From NCBI GenBank assembly GCA_026004615.1, contig BPJM01000001.1, positions 443,482 to 507,481 of the forward strand: 64,000 nucleotides of DNA. The letters run 5' to 3'. Source of the stretch: Planctomycetota bacterium (GTDB lineage Bacteria; Planctomycetota; J058; J103). How positions within the stretch are numbered: the stretch's first letter is position 1; each line of letters opens with the position of its first letter. Positions 1 to 10,109 of this stretch are shown here, piece by piece. The notes under the pieces are model-generated. The model did no database searches, had not been told where the DNA came from, and saw only the letters and a program-made list of their open reading frames with translations. The translations under genes and the position numbers were made by a program.

Positions 1-89
1 TGTCCCGGCAGATCGGCAGCCAGGACTTGCTCCAAGATGTCCGGCCCGAGCAGGCCGCCTTCGATGCGGATAGCCGGAAAGACACTCAT
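1..89 (-). CDS. 5' end of a gene running off the left edge (partial); function unknown, possibly the N-terminus of a large DNA-methyltransferase-type protein
   Basis: ATG at 89 on the minus strand reads MSVFPAIRIEGGLLGPDILEQVLAADLPG to the window edge. It lies 58 nt downstream of the helicase pseudogene stop (148) on the same strand. Only 29 codons are visible. The functional guess rests on my recollection of IRIEGGLL-type N-termini in large Eco57I-like methyltransferases and cannot be verified here. Confidence 0.3.
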   Translation of the reverse strand, partial: MSVFPAIRIEGGLLGPDILEQVLAADLPG

Positions 90-147
90 GGCTGCACCAC
101 CGGTTGCAGAACCAGAATGCCCAAGAGGTCCGGAGGAAACTGCGGCT

Positions 148-2987
148 TCACCTCGAGCCCGCGCACGCGCAAGCGACACCGCCTGGCGGATGCGCTTGTG
201 GGCATCGGCGAGCTCGCTCGCCGCGTCGGGCCACCCGATCCCGGACCGCCCGCTGGATCGGATGTGCGGCGCCCCACTCGGCCGCCGTCGCGTGCCACTC
301 GCCCACGCTCGCAAGCGCTCGCTCGACCAGCTCGCGCTTTTCTTCCGCAGGGATATTGGCGTCTGGCCTGGCCTCGGCCAGCAGCCGGAGCGCGTCCTCG
401 GCTTCCAGCCATTCGGCGTCGGCGGGCCCGGCTCCCGCGAAGCCGACCACGAGCACCTCCTCCGACAAAAGAGGCCGCAGTTGGGGTTGTTCGACCAGGT
501 ACCGCACGCGGAGCAGCAGGATCGTCGTGAGCGCCTCCACGGCTCGGGTTCGCAGAGCACCACAGCGCGAGACGGTGGCGTTGCCGGGCCGGCTCAGCGC
601 TTCCTCGAAGAAGAACCGCGCCAGCGTGGCCACAAGGCGGTGATTGCGCCCCACATACTCGGCGCCCTCGGGTGTGGGCGAGTCGAAGCTGATGAGCCAC
701 CGTCCGCCCTTGGACGCAGGCAAGACCAGCCGGATGGCTTCGGGAAGCGTGGCTGTCGCCTCGGGAGTCACGGTCACCCGGAAAACGCCCTGGCGGCGGT
801 CCGGGGCCACCGCGAGGCCGATTCGCTGAGCCGCGGCGAGGACGAACTCGCGCACGGCGGCCGGGTCGCCGAGCACCGCGTCGGTCGCCTCGAGTTCGCG
901 CTGCACTTCCTCGGGCTTCAAGGCACGCTGGGCGAACCGCGTGCGGTTGATCCGCTCGCGTTCTGCATCCCGTTCCCACCGCTTGTGAAGGTCGGCCACC
1001 TGCGGGATCCCGAGGTCTAGGAGGAGCTGCCGCGGCTCGGCCCGGCGCCGCCCGCGAAGGAAGAGCGCTTCGAGCACCGCCTGGGTGACGCTTTCGCTTT
1101 CTTCAGGCACGGGCACATGCGTGCCCAGGGTGCGGTGGATCTCCCGCGCCTTGTCGAGCAGAACCTCGATCACCACGCCGTCCACGGGGTTGTCCCGCCC
1201 GAAAAAGCGGATCGCCTTGACGGTTCTGGCCGGCTGGCCGTAGCGGTCCACCCGGCCCTCGCGCTGCTCCAGGCGATTGGGGTTCCAGGGGAGGTCGTAG
1301 TGGACGACGGCGGTGAACTTCTCCTGGAGGTTGACGCCCTCGGAGAGGCAGTCGGTGGCCACGAGCACGCGGGGGCGGTCGGCGTCGATCTCGGCGATCT
1401 TGGCCTCGCGCTCGTCGTCGCCCATGCGGCCGGTGACACAGGCGACCTGCACCTGCTGGCCCAACCGGCTGCCGCAGATGCTCGGCGACGTACTCGGCGG
1501 TGGCGATGTACCGGCACCAGAGAATGGGATGGAAGCCTTCCTGCAGCAAGCGCTGCACGATCTCGATGGCGCGCTCGAGCTTGGTGTCTTCGCGTCGTCC
1601 CCAGGAGTCGCTCGGCCAGGCGCTGCGAGTTCTCGCAGCTTGCGGCGGTCGCCCTCAGGCGAGGGTATCTGACGCCGCTTCGACCGCAGGTGTAGGCGAC
1701 TCGTCCTCGGTGCGTTCCTCCGCCGACTCGAACACGTAGGGCCCGAACTCGGGCTCTTCCTCGGCTGCCAGCGACACCCCGGCCCCCTCGCGTCGTTTTT
1801 CCAGGGCCGCCACCGCCGCCGCCGGGCTCGACATCACGCAGCGCAGAAGCGCCAGCGCCCCCCAGTAGCGCACCCGCCGTTTGCGCTCTTCGAGGCCCTC
1901 GCCGGTCCGCACGATCTCCGAGCAAAACGCGTAGGTGCGCTCGAACAGCTCCCGGTACGGACCGGAGAGCTCGTAGGTTTCGTCCGCCGTTTCCCGCTTC
2001 GGGAAACAGGCAGCCGCCTCCCAGGTCTGTTCGATGTCGCGGCGGGTACGCTGGACGAAATGGCGAGCCAGCTCGATGCGCTGCGTCTCGCTCCAGGCTG
2101 CCCAGATCCAACTCGGCGAACTCCGGGCGCAGAAGCCCGAGGAGCGACCGAAAGGCATCCTCGATGCCGCTATGGGGCGTGGCGGTGAGCAGGATCAGAT
2201 GCCGATCCGGCTTCTTCGCCACCTCGCGCAAGAGCGCATGCCGCTCCTGCTGGCGCGGGCCCAGGGCCGCCGCGGCGCCGTGCACCTCGTCCGCGATCAC
2301 GAGTTCGGGACAGAACTGCAGAAACTGGTGGCGGTTGCGGTCGGTCTTCACGAAGTCGATGCTCGCCACCTGGACGGGGAAGTGCTCGTAGAGGCTCCGG
2401 CCGAGCGGGGTTTGCCGCTCGAGCTGCCCTACGGTTCCCGAGCGGATCACCACGGGCTCGAGGTTGAACTTCTCCGCGAGTTCCTTGGCCCACTGCTCGC
2501 AGAGGTACGGGGGGCAGAGCACGCAAAAGCGCTGGATCTCCCCGCGGTCGAGGAGTTCTCTGCGCGATGAGCAAGCGCCTCGATGGTCTTTCCCACCCCC
2601 ACGTCGTCGGCGATGAAGAGCCGCACCGGGTCGAGGCGCAGCGCCATGAGCAGCGGCACGAACTGGTAGACGCGCGGCCGGATGGAGATGCGCCCCAGGG
2701 AGCGAAACGGGGTCGCCCCCTCGCGGAGCGTAAGCCGCGCTGCCTGCCAGAGGAGATGCGCGCTCGCCGCGTCCGCCACGCCCTCCGCCGCCGGCAGGGG
2801 AAACGACGCCGGCGTGACGCGCTCGAAGGGAAGGTCGTAGCCGACGAGAGTCGCCAGGCCCCGGTGCACTTTGACGATGTCGTCGGTCGTCCCGGTGAGG
2901 GGCCGGAGCACGAAGATATCCTCGTTGATCCGCGGGCAGCAGCACCCACTCGCGATTCCGGCAGCGAACGATCGAGCCGGGAATCAT
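148..2987 (-). pseudogene. SNF2/DEAD-like helicase, readable only across at least five frame changes
   Basis: Start MIPGSIVRCRNREWVLLP at 2987 (frame of ORF 1170..4241). It continues in ORF 2447..2911 (RPLTGTTDD, Walker A DDVGVGKTIEA), then back in the 1170..4241 frame (CPPYLCEQWAKEL, DEVH, LLLTATPHSG). It then passes through ORF 1655..2158, ORF 1103..1558 (LLQEGFHPILWCRYIATAEY) and ORF 148..1464 (helicase motifs V/VI: LVATDCLSEGVNLQ, HYDLPWNPNRLEQREGRVDRYGQ). Confidence 0.8.
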
Positions 2988-3329
2988 GGAAACGGCTCCT
3001 TCGTGTCGTTCTCCAAGCGGGGCATATAGCGCCCCCCCACCGGTGCCGGAAGGAAGTCTGTCCCCCGACTGCCCTCGATGGTCGCTCAGAAAGGCGAGCA
3101 TCACCCCTCGCAACGCAGCGAGCGGTCGGCGAGCCCACCCACTGTCGACGGTGGCTGATCTGGGCCTGATGGATCTCCTTGTCCCGCACGCTACTCCGCC
3201 GGCATCTCCCGAGTCGGCAGGGCGACTTCGACGATGCGCGGAAAGGTTCGTCCATGCATCAGATCTTCGTTTGGCGTACGCACATCCTCCCTCGGCGACA
3301 AGCTCTGCAAGAGCCCTGCGAGCCCTCTT

Positions 3330-3650
3330 TGCAGACTTCGTCGGAGCGCCGAGCCGCACCAGCGGCACGTCCTCCAGCCACTCCTCGATCACGTCGTAGA
3401 CCCGGTCGGACCCCATCTGCTCCCGCATGACGTCCAGCTTCGAGAGAACCCTCTGCAGAACCGCGCCCTCGCGGGTGTTCTGGGCGACCAGGTTGTAGAC
3501 CCAGACCTCGCCGGCTTGACCGCAGCGGTGGATGCGCCCCATCCGCTGTTCGAGCCGGTAGCGTGCGCATCGTGCCGGAGGCGCACTCCGTAGCCCAGGT
3601 TGGCGTCCGAATTCCCTTTCGCTGGAGCTGTCGATCCCCGTGTTTCCTCG
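3330..3650 (-). pseudogene. Orphan fragment (motif VI region) of a second SNF2 helicase, paralogous to the intact helicase at 21379..24819
   Basis: The frame of ORF 1170..4241 reads YRLEQRMGRIHRCGQAGEVWVYNLVAQNTREGAVLQRVLSKLDVMREQ. This is colinear with MGRIHRYGQRKDCLIFNFVATNTIEGRVLQRLLEKLQEIRD of the intact helicase. The upstream part is out of frame (ORF 3389..3655). Boundaries are approximate. Confidence 0.55.
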
Positions 3651-3673
3651 ATCATCCGCGACCTCCGGGTTGA

Positions 3674-4081
3674 TCACGCCGCCACGCGCTCCAGCCGTTC
3701 CCGCTCGTGCGGCCCGACACAATAACCGGTGACGCCTGCCTGCCGCGAGGCTCCCGACTGCGGCGCAGGCAGGTAGGCCTGGCCGGCGCACTCGATGACC
3801 CGCTTCCTCACCTCGTAGCAGTAGCGGTCGAGCCGGAAAGCCTCGAGGCTCTCGGCGCACTTCTCGACGAGCGCGCCGGCATGGCCGGTCTTCTTGAGAT
3901 CCAGATAGAACTGCCGGTTGTGCGGGCCGGAAAAGATGAACTGGCCGCTCAGCATCTTGTGGATCTCGCACAGGACCGTTTTCACTTGGGTAACATCGGA
4001 AAGAAGGTCGCCAACCGGGTCTCCGCCCTGTCCTTGTTTCCGCGGCCGTCGTTCTTCGACGCTCCGCCGAAGTTCCGCCAT
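3674..4081 (-). CDS. Hypothetical protein, 135 aa
   Basis: Internal ATG (4081) of ORF 3674..4444: MAELRRSVEERRPRKQGQGGDPVGDLLSDVTQVKTVLCEIHKMLSGQFIFSGPHNRQFYLDLKK... The composition looks coding-like after residue ~25. It occupies the same position (leader, then small ORF, then helicase) as the small ORF upstream of the intact helicase. No family recognised. Confidence 0.4.
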   Translation of the reverse strand: MAELRRSVEERRPRKQGQGGDPVGDLLSDVTQVKTVLCEIHKMLSGQFIFSGPHNRQFYLDLKKTGHAGALVEKCAESLEAFRLDRYCYEVRKRVIECAGQAYLPAPQSGASRQAGVTGYCVGPHERERLERVAA

Positions 4082-4200
4082 CGAAACGATCGCAGTCGGG
4101 GAAGTCTGACCACGCTGCCGGCCCGCCAGCCCGGAGCCCCCCGCCCTCGCAGGCGTGCGGCACCCGATCCGCGCCCCCAGACCCGCCACAGCCCACTCCG
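4020..4200 (-). repeat. Copy A of a conserved ~180-200-nt leader/terminus sequence (copy B at 25560..25740)
   Basis: By-eye alignment with 25560-25740 gives shared blocks in the same order: gaaacgatcgc, tctgaccacgc, cggcccgc, agccccc, cctcgcagg, ccgatccgcgcc. Both copies sit immediately 5' (minus strand) of a small ORF that precedes SNF2 helicase sequence. Boundaries are approximate. Confidence 0.6.
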
Positions 4201-4479
4201 CTGGTCTGGGCCCGACGTCGAACCGAGCACGCGGCGGCCAACGCCCCGTGCTCGCCCTCACCGCAACGAGAGTCCGGCCGGGCGGGAGCCTCATGTCCCG
4301 TCGAGCGTTCAGGTTCGGCTTGTCTTCAACCCGAACCTCGAGACCTTTTTCGCGTCTCCTCGAAAGCCTTGCCTGACCCCGCGGAGCGCTGAGACCGCCG
4401 GACAAATCAGCGCTCCCACGCGGCGAGGGCGAGGGATACCGCAAGGAGCACCGTCGACTCCGGCTCGGCCGTCCCCTAC

Positions 4480-4915
4480 AGGGCTGCCATCAACGCCCGG
4501 CTGCAGGACCTTCGTCCGATCCCCGACCCGCCGTCTGCTCGATCCCGAGCGCGCCGGCCAGGCGCAGCAGACCCGCCTGTTCGGAAGCATCCCGACGGCC
4601 GTGGTGCGCCGTCGGCTCTCTCGGTGGAGGCGTTCGAGCGGGTTTGTCGAGTGGATCGGGCGCCGGGCCGCCGCCGGAATCGCCAGGTACGCGACGGCGC
4701 CGTCGCCGGAGTTCGCAAAACAACTCGCCCAGATGCGAATGCGTCCGGTCCAGCGCGGCAACGACGCTGGGGACCTGCTCGCGTGCCTGCTCCTAGGACG
4801 GCTGCGCGAAGACCGTCTTCAGGGTCGCGCAGCTCATCGGCTGCGAGCGCTTCGGCACGTGCGCCAGCGCGTTGCGCATAAGATCCGCGCGGCAGCCCTG
4901 CCAGCAGGCCGCGTG
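4480..4915 (-). mobile_element. IS256/mutator-family transposase, C-terminal remnant only (frameshifted, N-terminal two thirds missing)
   Basis: The tail of ORF 4793..5722 reads WQGCRADLMRNALAHVPKRSQPM..TLKTVFAQPS. ORF 4309..4761 reads IHSTNPLERLHRESRRRTTAVGMLPNR, and ORF 4490..4723 reads AGLLRLAGALGIEQ. These are colinear with the conserved C-terminal blocks of IS256-family transposases as I remember them. At least two frame changes are needed. No inverted repeats identified. Confidence 0.6.
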
Positions 4916-5722
4916 GACCAGCCGCAGGGGCGGCGGTGCGCCGCCGCCTTCGCTGCCGGCGGGCCGGCTGCCATCGAGCAGCGCCCGCAGCAGGCGCGCG
5001 CCGTCCTGGAGCAGCTCGCCGAAGGCGATCCGGTGCGCCAGCTCCCCGTCGTAGAAGAAGACGGCGATGCTCGGCTCGCCCGCTCCGGGCAGCCGCTGCC
5101 GGTAGGGCACCGTCGTATCGAGCGTGCCCGGCTCGACGCGCCGCCAGGGCGCCGCCGGGCCCGGGCGCACCGCGGCCGCCTGGTGCGGGGCGAGCACCAC
5201 GAACCGCACGCCCGCCGCCACCAGCTCCTGGAGCACCGGCAGATCGACCGCGCACTCGGGCAGCCACATCCCCGCGGGCTCGCGCCCGAAGCGGTGGCGG
5301 AAGTCCGCCAGCCCCCACCGCACCTGGGTGCGCAGATCGCGCGGCTCGCACAGCGGCAGGATCGCGTGCCCGTAGGCCTGCGCCAACGCCGGCCCGTGCC
5401 CGCCGTGGCGGGCGGCGGCGCGCCGGTCGGCCTCGAGCACGCGCGCGTAGGTCCGCGGTGCCTCTCGTTCGAGCCAGCTGAGCAGGGTCGGCCCGACATC
5501 GAAGCTCAGCCGCTCGTAGTTGGAGACGATGCGGGCGATGCGCCCTGTGGGGCCGAGGATGCGCGCCCAGCCGTTCGGCGCATAGCACTCCTCGTGCACC
5601 CGCCGGTTCCAGTCGCGGGCGGGGGCGGCAGTCTCCTCGCGCTCGACCGCCTCCAGCCACGGATTGTCCCGCGGCGGCTGGTAGAAGTGCGCGTGCACGC
5701 AGACCTGGTGCAGGCCCGCCAT
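4916..5722 (-). pseudogene. Glycoside hydrolase family 57 (GH57) gene, N-terminal ~265 codons only, truncated by the IS256 remnant
   Basis: ORF 4793..5722 starts MAGLHQVCVHAHFYQPPRDNPWLEAVE...ECYAPN...SFDVGPTLLSWLE, which are typical GH57 N-terminal blocks. After ...LVHAA the same reading frame continues into transposase-like sequence. The junction position is approximate. Confidence 0.7.
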
Positions 5723-5820
5723 GTGCCCTGCCTCCCTCCGCTACCCGCTGCCTCCCCCGGCTGCGCGCCCGGGGCCGGGCTGCGCCCCCGGCCGCTCCGC
5801 CGCGCCGGAGCCCGGCCGGC

Positions 5821-6011
5821 CTAGCCCCCCCGCGCGCGCGAGCAGCGCCAGCAGCTCCGCGGCGGCGGGCAGCGCGCCCAGCTGTTCGAGCGCCGGCTGC
5901 GCGCGCCGCCGCCAGTTGGGGCAGTCGGCGCCGGTGCCGGGGACGTTCTGCGGCCGCGTCTCCAGCCACAGGTCCTCCAGATTCAGCAGCACCCAGCGCG
6001 CCTCGCTCGCC
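5821..6011 (-). repeat. Left copy of island-flanking direct repeat = orphan duplicate of the last ~63 codons of malQ
   Basis: Nearly identical to 25807..25999. I count 2 substitutions and one 2-nt indel. ORF 5741..5992 translates LLNLEDLWLETRPQNVPGTGADCPNWRRRAQPALEQLGALPAAAELLALLARAGG, versus the malQ C-terminus ...LLNLEDLWLETRPQNVPGTGAECPNWRRRAQPALEQLGALPAAAELLALLARARGG. Confidence 0.9.
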
Positions 6012-6062
6012 GGGTTCCAGCGGCCCCTCGACCGTTACGGGTGCCCCCGCTCCGCCTGGATC

Positions 6063-8906
6063 TCAGCCGTCATCGCTGACCTCCAGGCAGCTCGAGATGC
6101 CCAGATCATCGAGGATCCGGCGAAGCTCGGCCGCCAGGTGCCCCGCAAGGTCGCGTTGGACCGTGACCGCGAACTCCACGTTGAGCTTCAGCTCCGAGCC
6201 CGTCCTTCGCAGCACCGGAACGAGTTTGGTCCCCAGGCGGTTCCAGACGTCGGGGGGAACGGCGCCCGACAGGCGAATGGTGCTCGTCTGGACGCCGGGG
6301 GCCGGCTCGAGCCCCGGCTCCGGTGCGGGGCAGGGCTCCGGTGCGGGGCAGGGCCCCGGTCTCGATAGGGGAGGCGGGGGTTCCGCTCCCCCTTCCGGAA
6401 CAGGCGCCGGAATGCCCGCCTCGAGCGCCTGCGCCCTGGCCCTGGTCAGCAAAAAGACGTCCGGCTCGAAGGCGACCTCGTCGTGGGGGACCGGCTCGCC
6501 GAACCAGATCCGCTCGTAGGTTCCGTCCGCCTTCTCGCCCGAGGCGAGGCCGAACTCGCCCCTTGCGACGAACTCGACGATCTTCTCCCGCAGGGTCTTC
6601 TCCGGGTCGAGGAGCCTCGTCAGCGAGCCGTTCAGGAAACTCTGGCGCAGGCTGGCGAGCGGCCACGCGCCCGACTCCTTCAGGGCAGGAGGCCAGTTCC
6701 TCTCGATGTAGCCCGCACCGACAGACTCGTTGAGCAGGGCTTCGGACTTGAGCGCGGCGATGACCCTGCCGCACAGGGTCTCGCCGCTCGAGGAGTGGCC
6801 GGCCCCGAGGTCGATGGTCTTGAGGCCGTCACCCTCAGCCTCGCTCCCTGTTCCCCCGGGGGAGGCTTGGGGTGAGGGCTCATAGATCACAGCGAACCGG
6901 TAGCCCGCCCACACCTCGTCCTTCGCCGCCTCCTCTGCGGCCGCGACCTTCGAGCGGAGGCCGGCGCGATCCGACCCGTCGAACTCACCTCCCAGCGTAC
7001 CCTCGTCCACTTCCCGGGCTACTCGCTTCCACGCGAGCCACAGCTCCACCTTCTCGCGCAGATCCCGCCCCGGCTTCTTGAGGCACCACACGAGCGATCC
7101 CGGGTACAGGCGCGGGGATCTGCCGCGCTGCCTGGTCCATTCCGCGATCTGGCTCCTCAGCGGTCCGCCGCCCGTCCACTCGGCCTCCGGTTCAGCGACG
7201 ACCAGCGTGAGCCTCGGGGTGTCCGGGACGTCGGCTCCGTCCCGGGGGAAAAGCGTCACGGGAATGCTCGCTCCCCGGCGGAACTCAACCTCGACGAGCT
7301 TGCGCATCGCAGGCTTGATCTCGGTCTCCTCGTCCAGCGACGCCCGCCGGTCGTTCACCACCTTCTTCATCGTGGGCTGGTGGCTGATCTTGAACCCGTC
7401 CGCGCCCACCTTCCGGATGAAGTAGGACCTGTCCTCGAGCGCGAACGCGGCGCTGTCCACCGAGGTCGTGTCCACCTGCGGCTCGCCGAGGGCGAAGCGC
7501 AGCTCCGGCAGGTGCGCCACCTTGTCGGTCTGGCCGCCCGAGGACTCGAAGAGGATCGCCGTCCCCACGCGGCGGTGGATATCGCGCAGCGGCCCTTTCG
7601 TATCGGCATCCAGGGCGCGGGCGTGCGAGGTTTGGCCTGCTATGTCTGCCTCGATCGCCGCGACGAGCCGGGACTCCCCGAGCTGACCCAAAATCGTGCT
7701 CCGGAACCCCAGATCGTGAAGCGGGGCGGAGCCGAGCGTGATGAGCGGCTCGCGCCGGGCGGTCGTGAATCCGTCCCGATATGCCCAGGCGATCCACTGC
7801 GCGAGCATCGCCAGGGTCCCGCGCGTCTGCTGGTACTGGGGCAGCGCCTGCCACTTTCTCTGGAAGACCGAGAGCGTGGCCGGGTGGAAGGGGTAACACG
7901 CCTCGAATCGGCTGCGGAGGTACTGGCGGGCCTTGGCCTCCGTCGCCACCGCGTCCACCGCGGTCCATTCCCGCGGCAGCTGGGCGCGCCGTTCGAAGCA
8001 CCAGTCGGCGAAGGCCTTGGCCACGTTCTTCCTGACCCGCTCGCTTCCCAGGTCCTCGAACAGCCGCCGCCGGACGACCTCGCTGATCTCCGTCTCGTCG
8101 TTGGCGATCAGGTCCCTGGCGACGCGGCGCACGACCTTGGTGATCTTCTCCTGCCACTGCAGGTCCCAGTCGGTCATCTCGACCTGGCTGCGCGGGAGGC
8201 TGATCACCGCCGCGCCGTGGGTCGTCCCGGTCGTGGCGACCGTCAGATTCTGGATGAAGGCATGGAAGGATTCCGCCATCCCGCGGTGCCGGTTGAGGAA
8301 GTTGAGCACCTCGTCGAACAGAAGCAGCACGGGGGCGTTGGCCGCCTGAAAGACGCGGGCGATGGACTCCGTTCCCGGAGGGATCGTCTTCGCCGCGGTC
8401 CCCAGCGCTTCGACCCCCGCGTCACCCGCGAGCTGGCGGGCGAGGTCGATCCACGGGGTCTCGCGGCCCTCCTGCGGGTCCCAGGCGTTGCCGACGAACA
8501 CGCCCACGCGCGCCTTGGGAACCGAGGAGAGGCCGGCCTCCCGGATCAGATCGGCGACCCCCGGGCACCCGTACGCCTTGTCGCCGCTCGTGCCGAGGTG
8601 GTAGAGGGCGGTGAGCGTGTGCGTCTTGCCGCCGCCGAACTGGGTGATCAGGGTCAGGACCGGGGCGGTGTTGTCGGTCCTGCCGGAGAGCCTGCGCAGC
8701 ACCATGCCCGCGTGTTCCCGAAGCGCGCGCGTCCAGCACGTGCGCGCAAAGAACTGCGCGGGATCCCGATAGTCCTCGGGGGCCGTTCCGGCCACCACCT
8801 GCTCGAGGGCGATGGCGAACTCGTCCGGGTTGAAGGACCGTCCCTCCCGGACTTCTCTGCGCGGGGTTGCGACTTTGTACCAAGGTTCCATGTCATTCCC
8901 TGCCAC
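6063..8906 (-). CDS. DUF499-family (COG1483) P-loop ATPase, 947 aa, intact
   Basis: ORF 6063..8906. The N-terminus reads PWYKVATPRREVREGRSFNPDEFAIALEQVVAGTAPEDYRDPAQFFARTCWTRALREH...LITQFGGGKTHTLTALYHLG, which is the signature opening of DUF499 proteins. No internal stops. It contains an 18-nt perfect tandem duplication near the 3' end (6318-6353, PCPAPE x2). Confidence 0.9.
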   Translation of the reverse strand: MAGNDMEPWYKVATPRREVREGRSFNPDEFAIALEQVVAGTAPEDYRDPAQFFARTCWTRALREHAGMVLRRLSGRTDNTAPVLTLITQFGGGKTHTLTALYHLGTSGDKAYGCPGVADLIREAGLSSVPKARVGVFVGNAWDPQEGRETPWIDLARQLAGDAGVEALGTAAKTIPPGTESIARVFQAANAPVLLLFDEVLNFLNRHRGMAESFHAFIQNLTVATTGTTHGAAVISLPRSQVEMTDWDLQWQEKITKVVRRVARDLIANDETEISEVVRRRLFEDLGSERVRKNVAKAFADWCFERRAQLPREWTAVDAVATEAKARQYLRSRFEACYPFHPATLSVFQRKWQALPQYQQTRGTLAMLAQWIAWAYRDGFTTARREPLITLGSAPLHDLGFRSTILGQLGESRLVAAIEADIAGQTSHARALDADTKGPLRDIHRRVGTAILFESSGGQTDKVAHLPELRFALGEPQVDTTSVDSAAFALEDRSYFIRKVGADGFKISHQPTMKKVVNDRRASLDEETEIKPAMRKLVEVEFRRGASIPVTLFPRDGADVPDTPRLTLVVAEPEAEWTGGGPLRSQIAEWTRQRGRSPRLYPGSLVWCLKKPGRDLREKVELWLAWKRVAREVDEGTLGGEFDGSDRAGLRSKVAAAEEAAKDEVWAGYRFAVIYEPSPQASPGGTGSEAEGDGLKTIDLGAGHSSSGETLCGRVIAALKSEALLNESVGAGYIERNWPPALKESGAWPLASLRQSFLNGSLTRLLDPEKTLREKIVEFVARGEFGLASGEKADGTYERIWFGEPVPHDEVAFEPDVFLLTRARAQALEAGIPAPVPEGGAEPPPPLSRPGPCPAPEPCPAPEPGLEPAPGVQTSTIRLSGAVPPDVWNRLGTKLVPVLRRTGSELKLNVEFAVTVQRDLAGHLAAELRRILDDLGISSCLEVSDDG

Positions 8907-10052
8907 CTGCCGGGGTCTGTCCGGTCAGGAGCGAAAAGTCCTTGGGCGTGAGCTCCTGCGTCGTCTGGACGAACCAACCCCACGAACGGGACGGATCCCT
9001 GCCCCGAAAGGCATCGAGCCGGCCCCGGAGCTTCTCGTCGATGGAGACCGGGCGATCGAGGTACATTTGGACCTGCTCGAGGGTGATCGTCCAGGGGTAG
9101 CTCTCCTTTTCCCGCACGGCGGATGCGGTCTATGCTCCGGGCCGCTCTTCACCCGGGCGTGCGCGACGACCCCCGTTCCGCTCGCGTAGAACGCGATCCA
9201 GTCCCCCGCCTGGATCCGGGTTCGGTGGGGGGTGCGGTCTCCAAAAGCGTAGACGCCCTCGGAAAGCAGCCTTTGGATCTTTTCGGCCGCCGAGGAATCC
9301 GCATCGCCGCTTACCGGAGTCAGCCAGCAGGATCCGCCGGTCCTGCGCTCCTGCTCGGTACCGGCCGGCATCGCCGGTTCGAGGGCCTGCCCCTGGGCTG
9401 TCGCCTGGGCAACGATCGTCGAAACGACGCGCACGAGCGGACTGATGCTCGGCTCCGGGGGTTTCAGGAACCGCAGGACATCCGCATGGGGGACATCGTA
9501 ATCCCTCATGAGCTCCGCCAGGGAAAGGAGTTCCTCCACATCGATGACGCGGAGCTGTTCCGTCCTCTTCTCGGCACGGATCGCGTTCTCGATCTGTCTG
9601 GTGTCCGAATCCCGGCGGCCGATGGCGTAGAGTCCGATGGCCTTGTCCCAGCTCGGGATCCGGCGCGCGGAGATCAGCTCGTCGACATATCCCACGAGCG
9701 TCTTCGTTGAAACCGCGTAGGTCTCCGTCGTCTTCACCTCCACGACCACGTGGAACTCGGACGGGGACGTCCACAGGCCGTCGAAGCCGACCTCCCCCCG
9801 GATCCCCCGGTACCGGCCGTACTCGACCTCGAATCCGAGGAGTTCGCCCAGGCGGTTCACGAGGTCCTGGAGGGCCTTGTTGTACTGCTCCTCCGAGGCC
9901 TGGAGGCACTCCTGGACGTAATCCCTCAGAAGGCCGACATCTCCGACCTGGCTTCGCAGGAACCGCCGAAAGCGCTGGCGAGGGGTGTCCTCGCCGGGAC
10001 AGTCATCCAGTTTTCCCACCAGGCTCAGCACCTCCTTGAGCTTCACGGCCAT
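8893..10052 (-). CDS. PD-(D/E)xK restriction-endonuclease-like N-domain fused to an EVE/PUA-like C-domain; one frameshift near 9118-9140
   Basis: ORF 8925..10052 shows GFDGLWTSPSEFHVVVEVKTTE (a D...E-x-K nuclease core) and then IQAGDWIAFYASGTGVVAHARVKSGPE. The reading continues in ORF 8893..9117 (REKESYPWTITLEQVQMYLDRPVSIDEKL...WGWFVQTTQELTPKDFSLL), which is EVE-like. The stop at 8893 overlaps the DUF499 start (8906) by 14 nt. Confidence 0.6.
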
Positions 10053-10109
10053 GTCAGGACCTCCTCCGGCGGGGCGGCACGCCGATACCAGCTTTCCATC
10101 ACGCTCCTC

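Noticed and set aside
1170-4241. ORF 1170..4241 (-, 1023 aa) as a single gene
   Set aside because: It is a mosaic. Only short stretches are meaningful (pieces of two different helicase remnants); the rest is out-of-frame read-through.
4300-4380. Hairpin aggttcgg...ccgaacct followed by a T-run as a terminator
   Set aside because: The stem is short, the T-run is separated from it by ~10 nt, and it lies in decayed IS-flanking sequence. The evidence is insufficient to call it.
5722-6062. tRNA/tmRNA gene or integrase at the island borders (also checked 25633-25806)
   Set aside because: I could find no cloverleaf-like sequence and no recombinase ORF. The border is the malQ 3' end itself.
6318-6353. 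Perfect 18-nt tandem duplication (ctccggtgcggggcaggg x2) inside the DUF499 gene
   Set aside because: It is real, but it is an in-frame PCPAPE duplication in a Pro-rich linker. This is a trivial slippage event, not a regulatory repeat.
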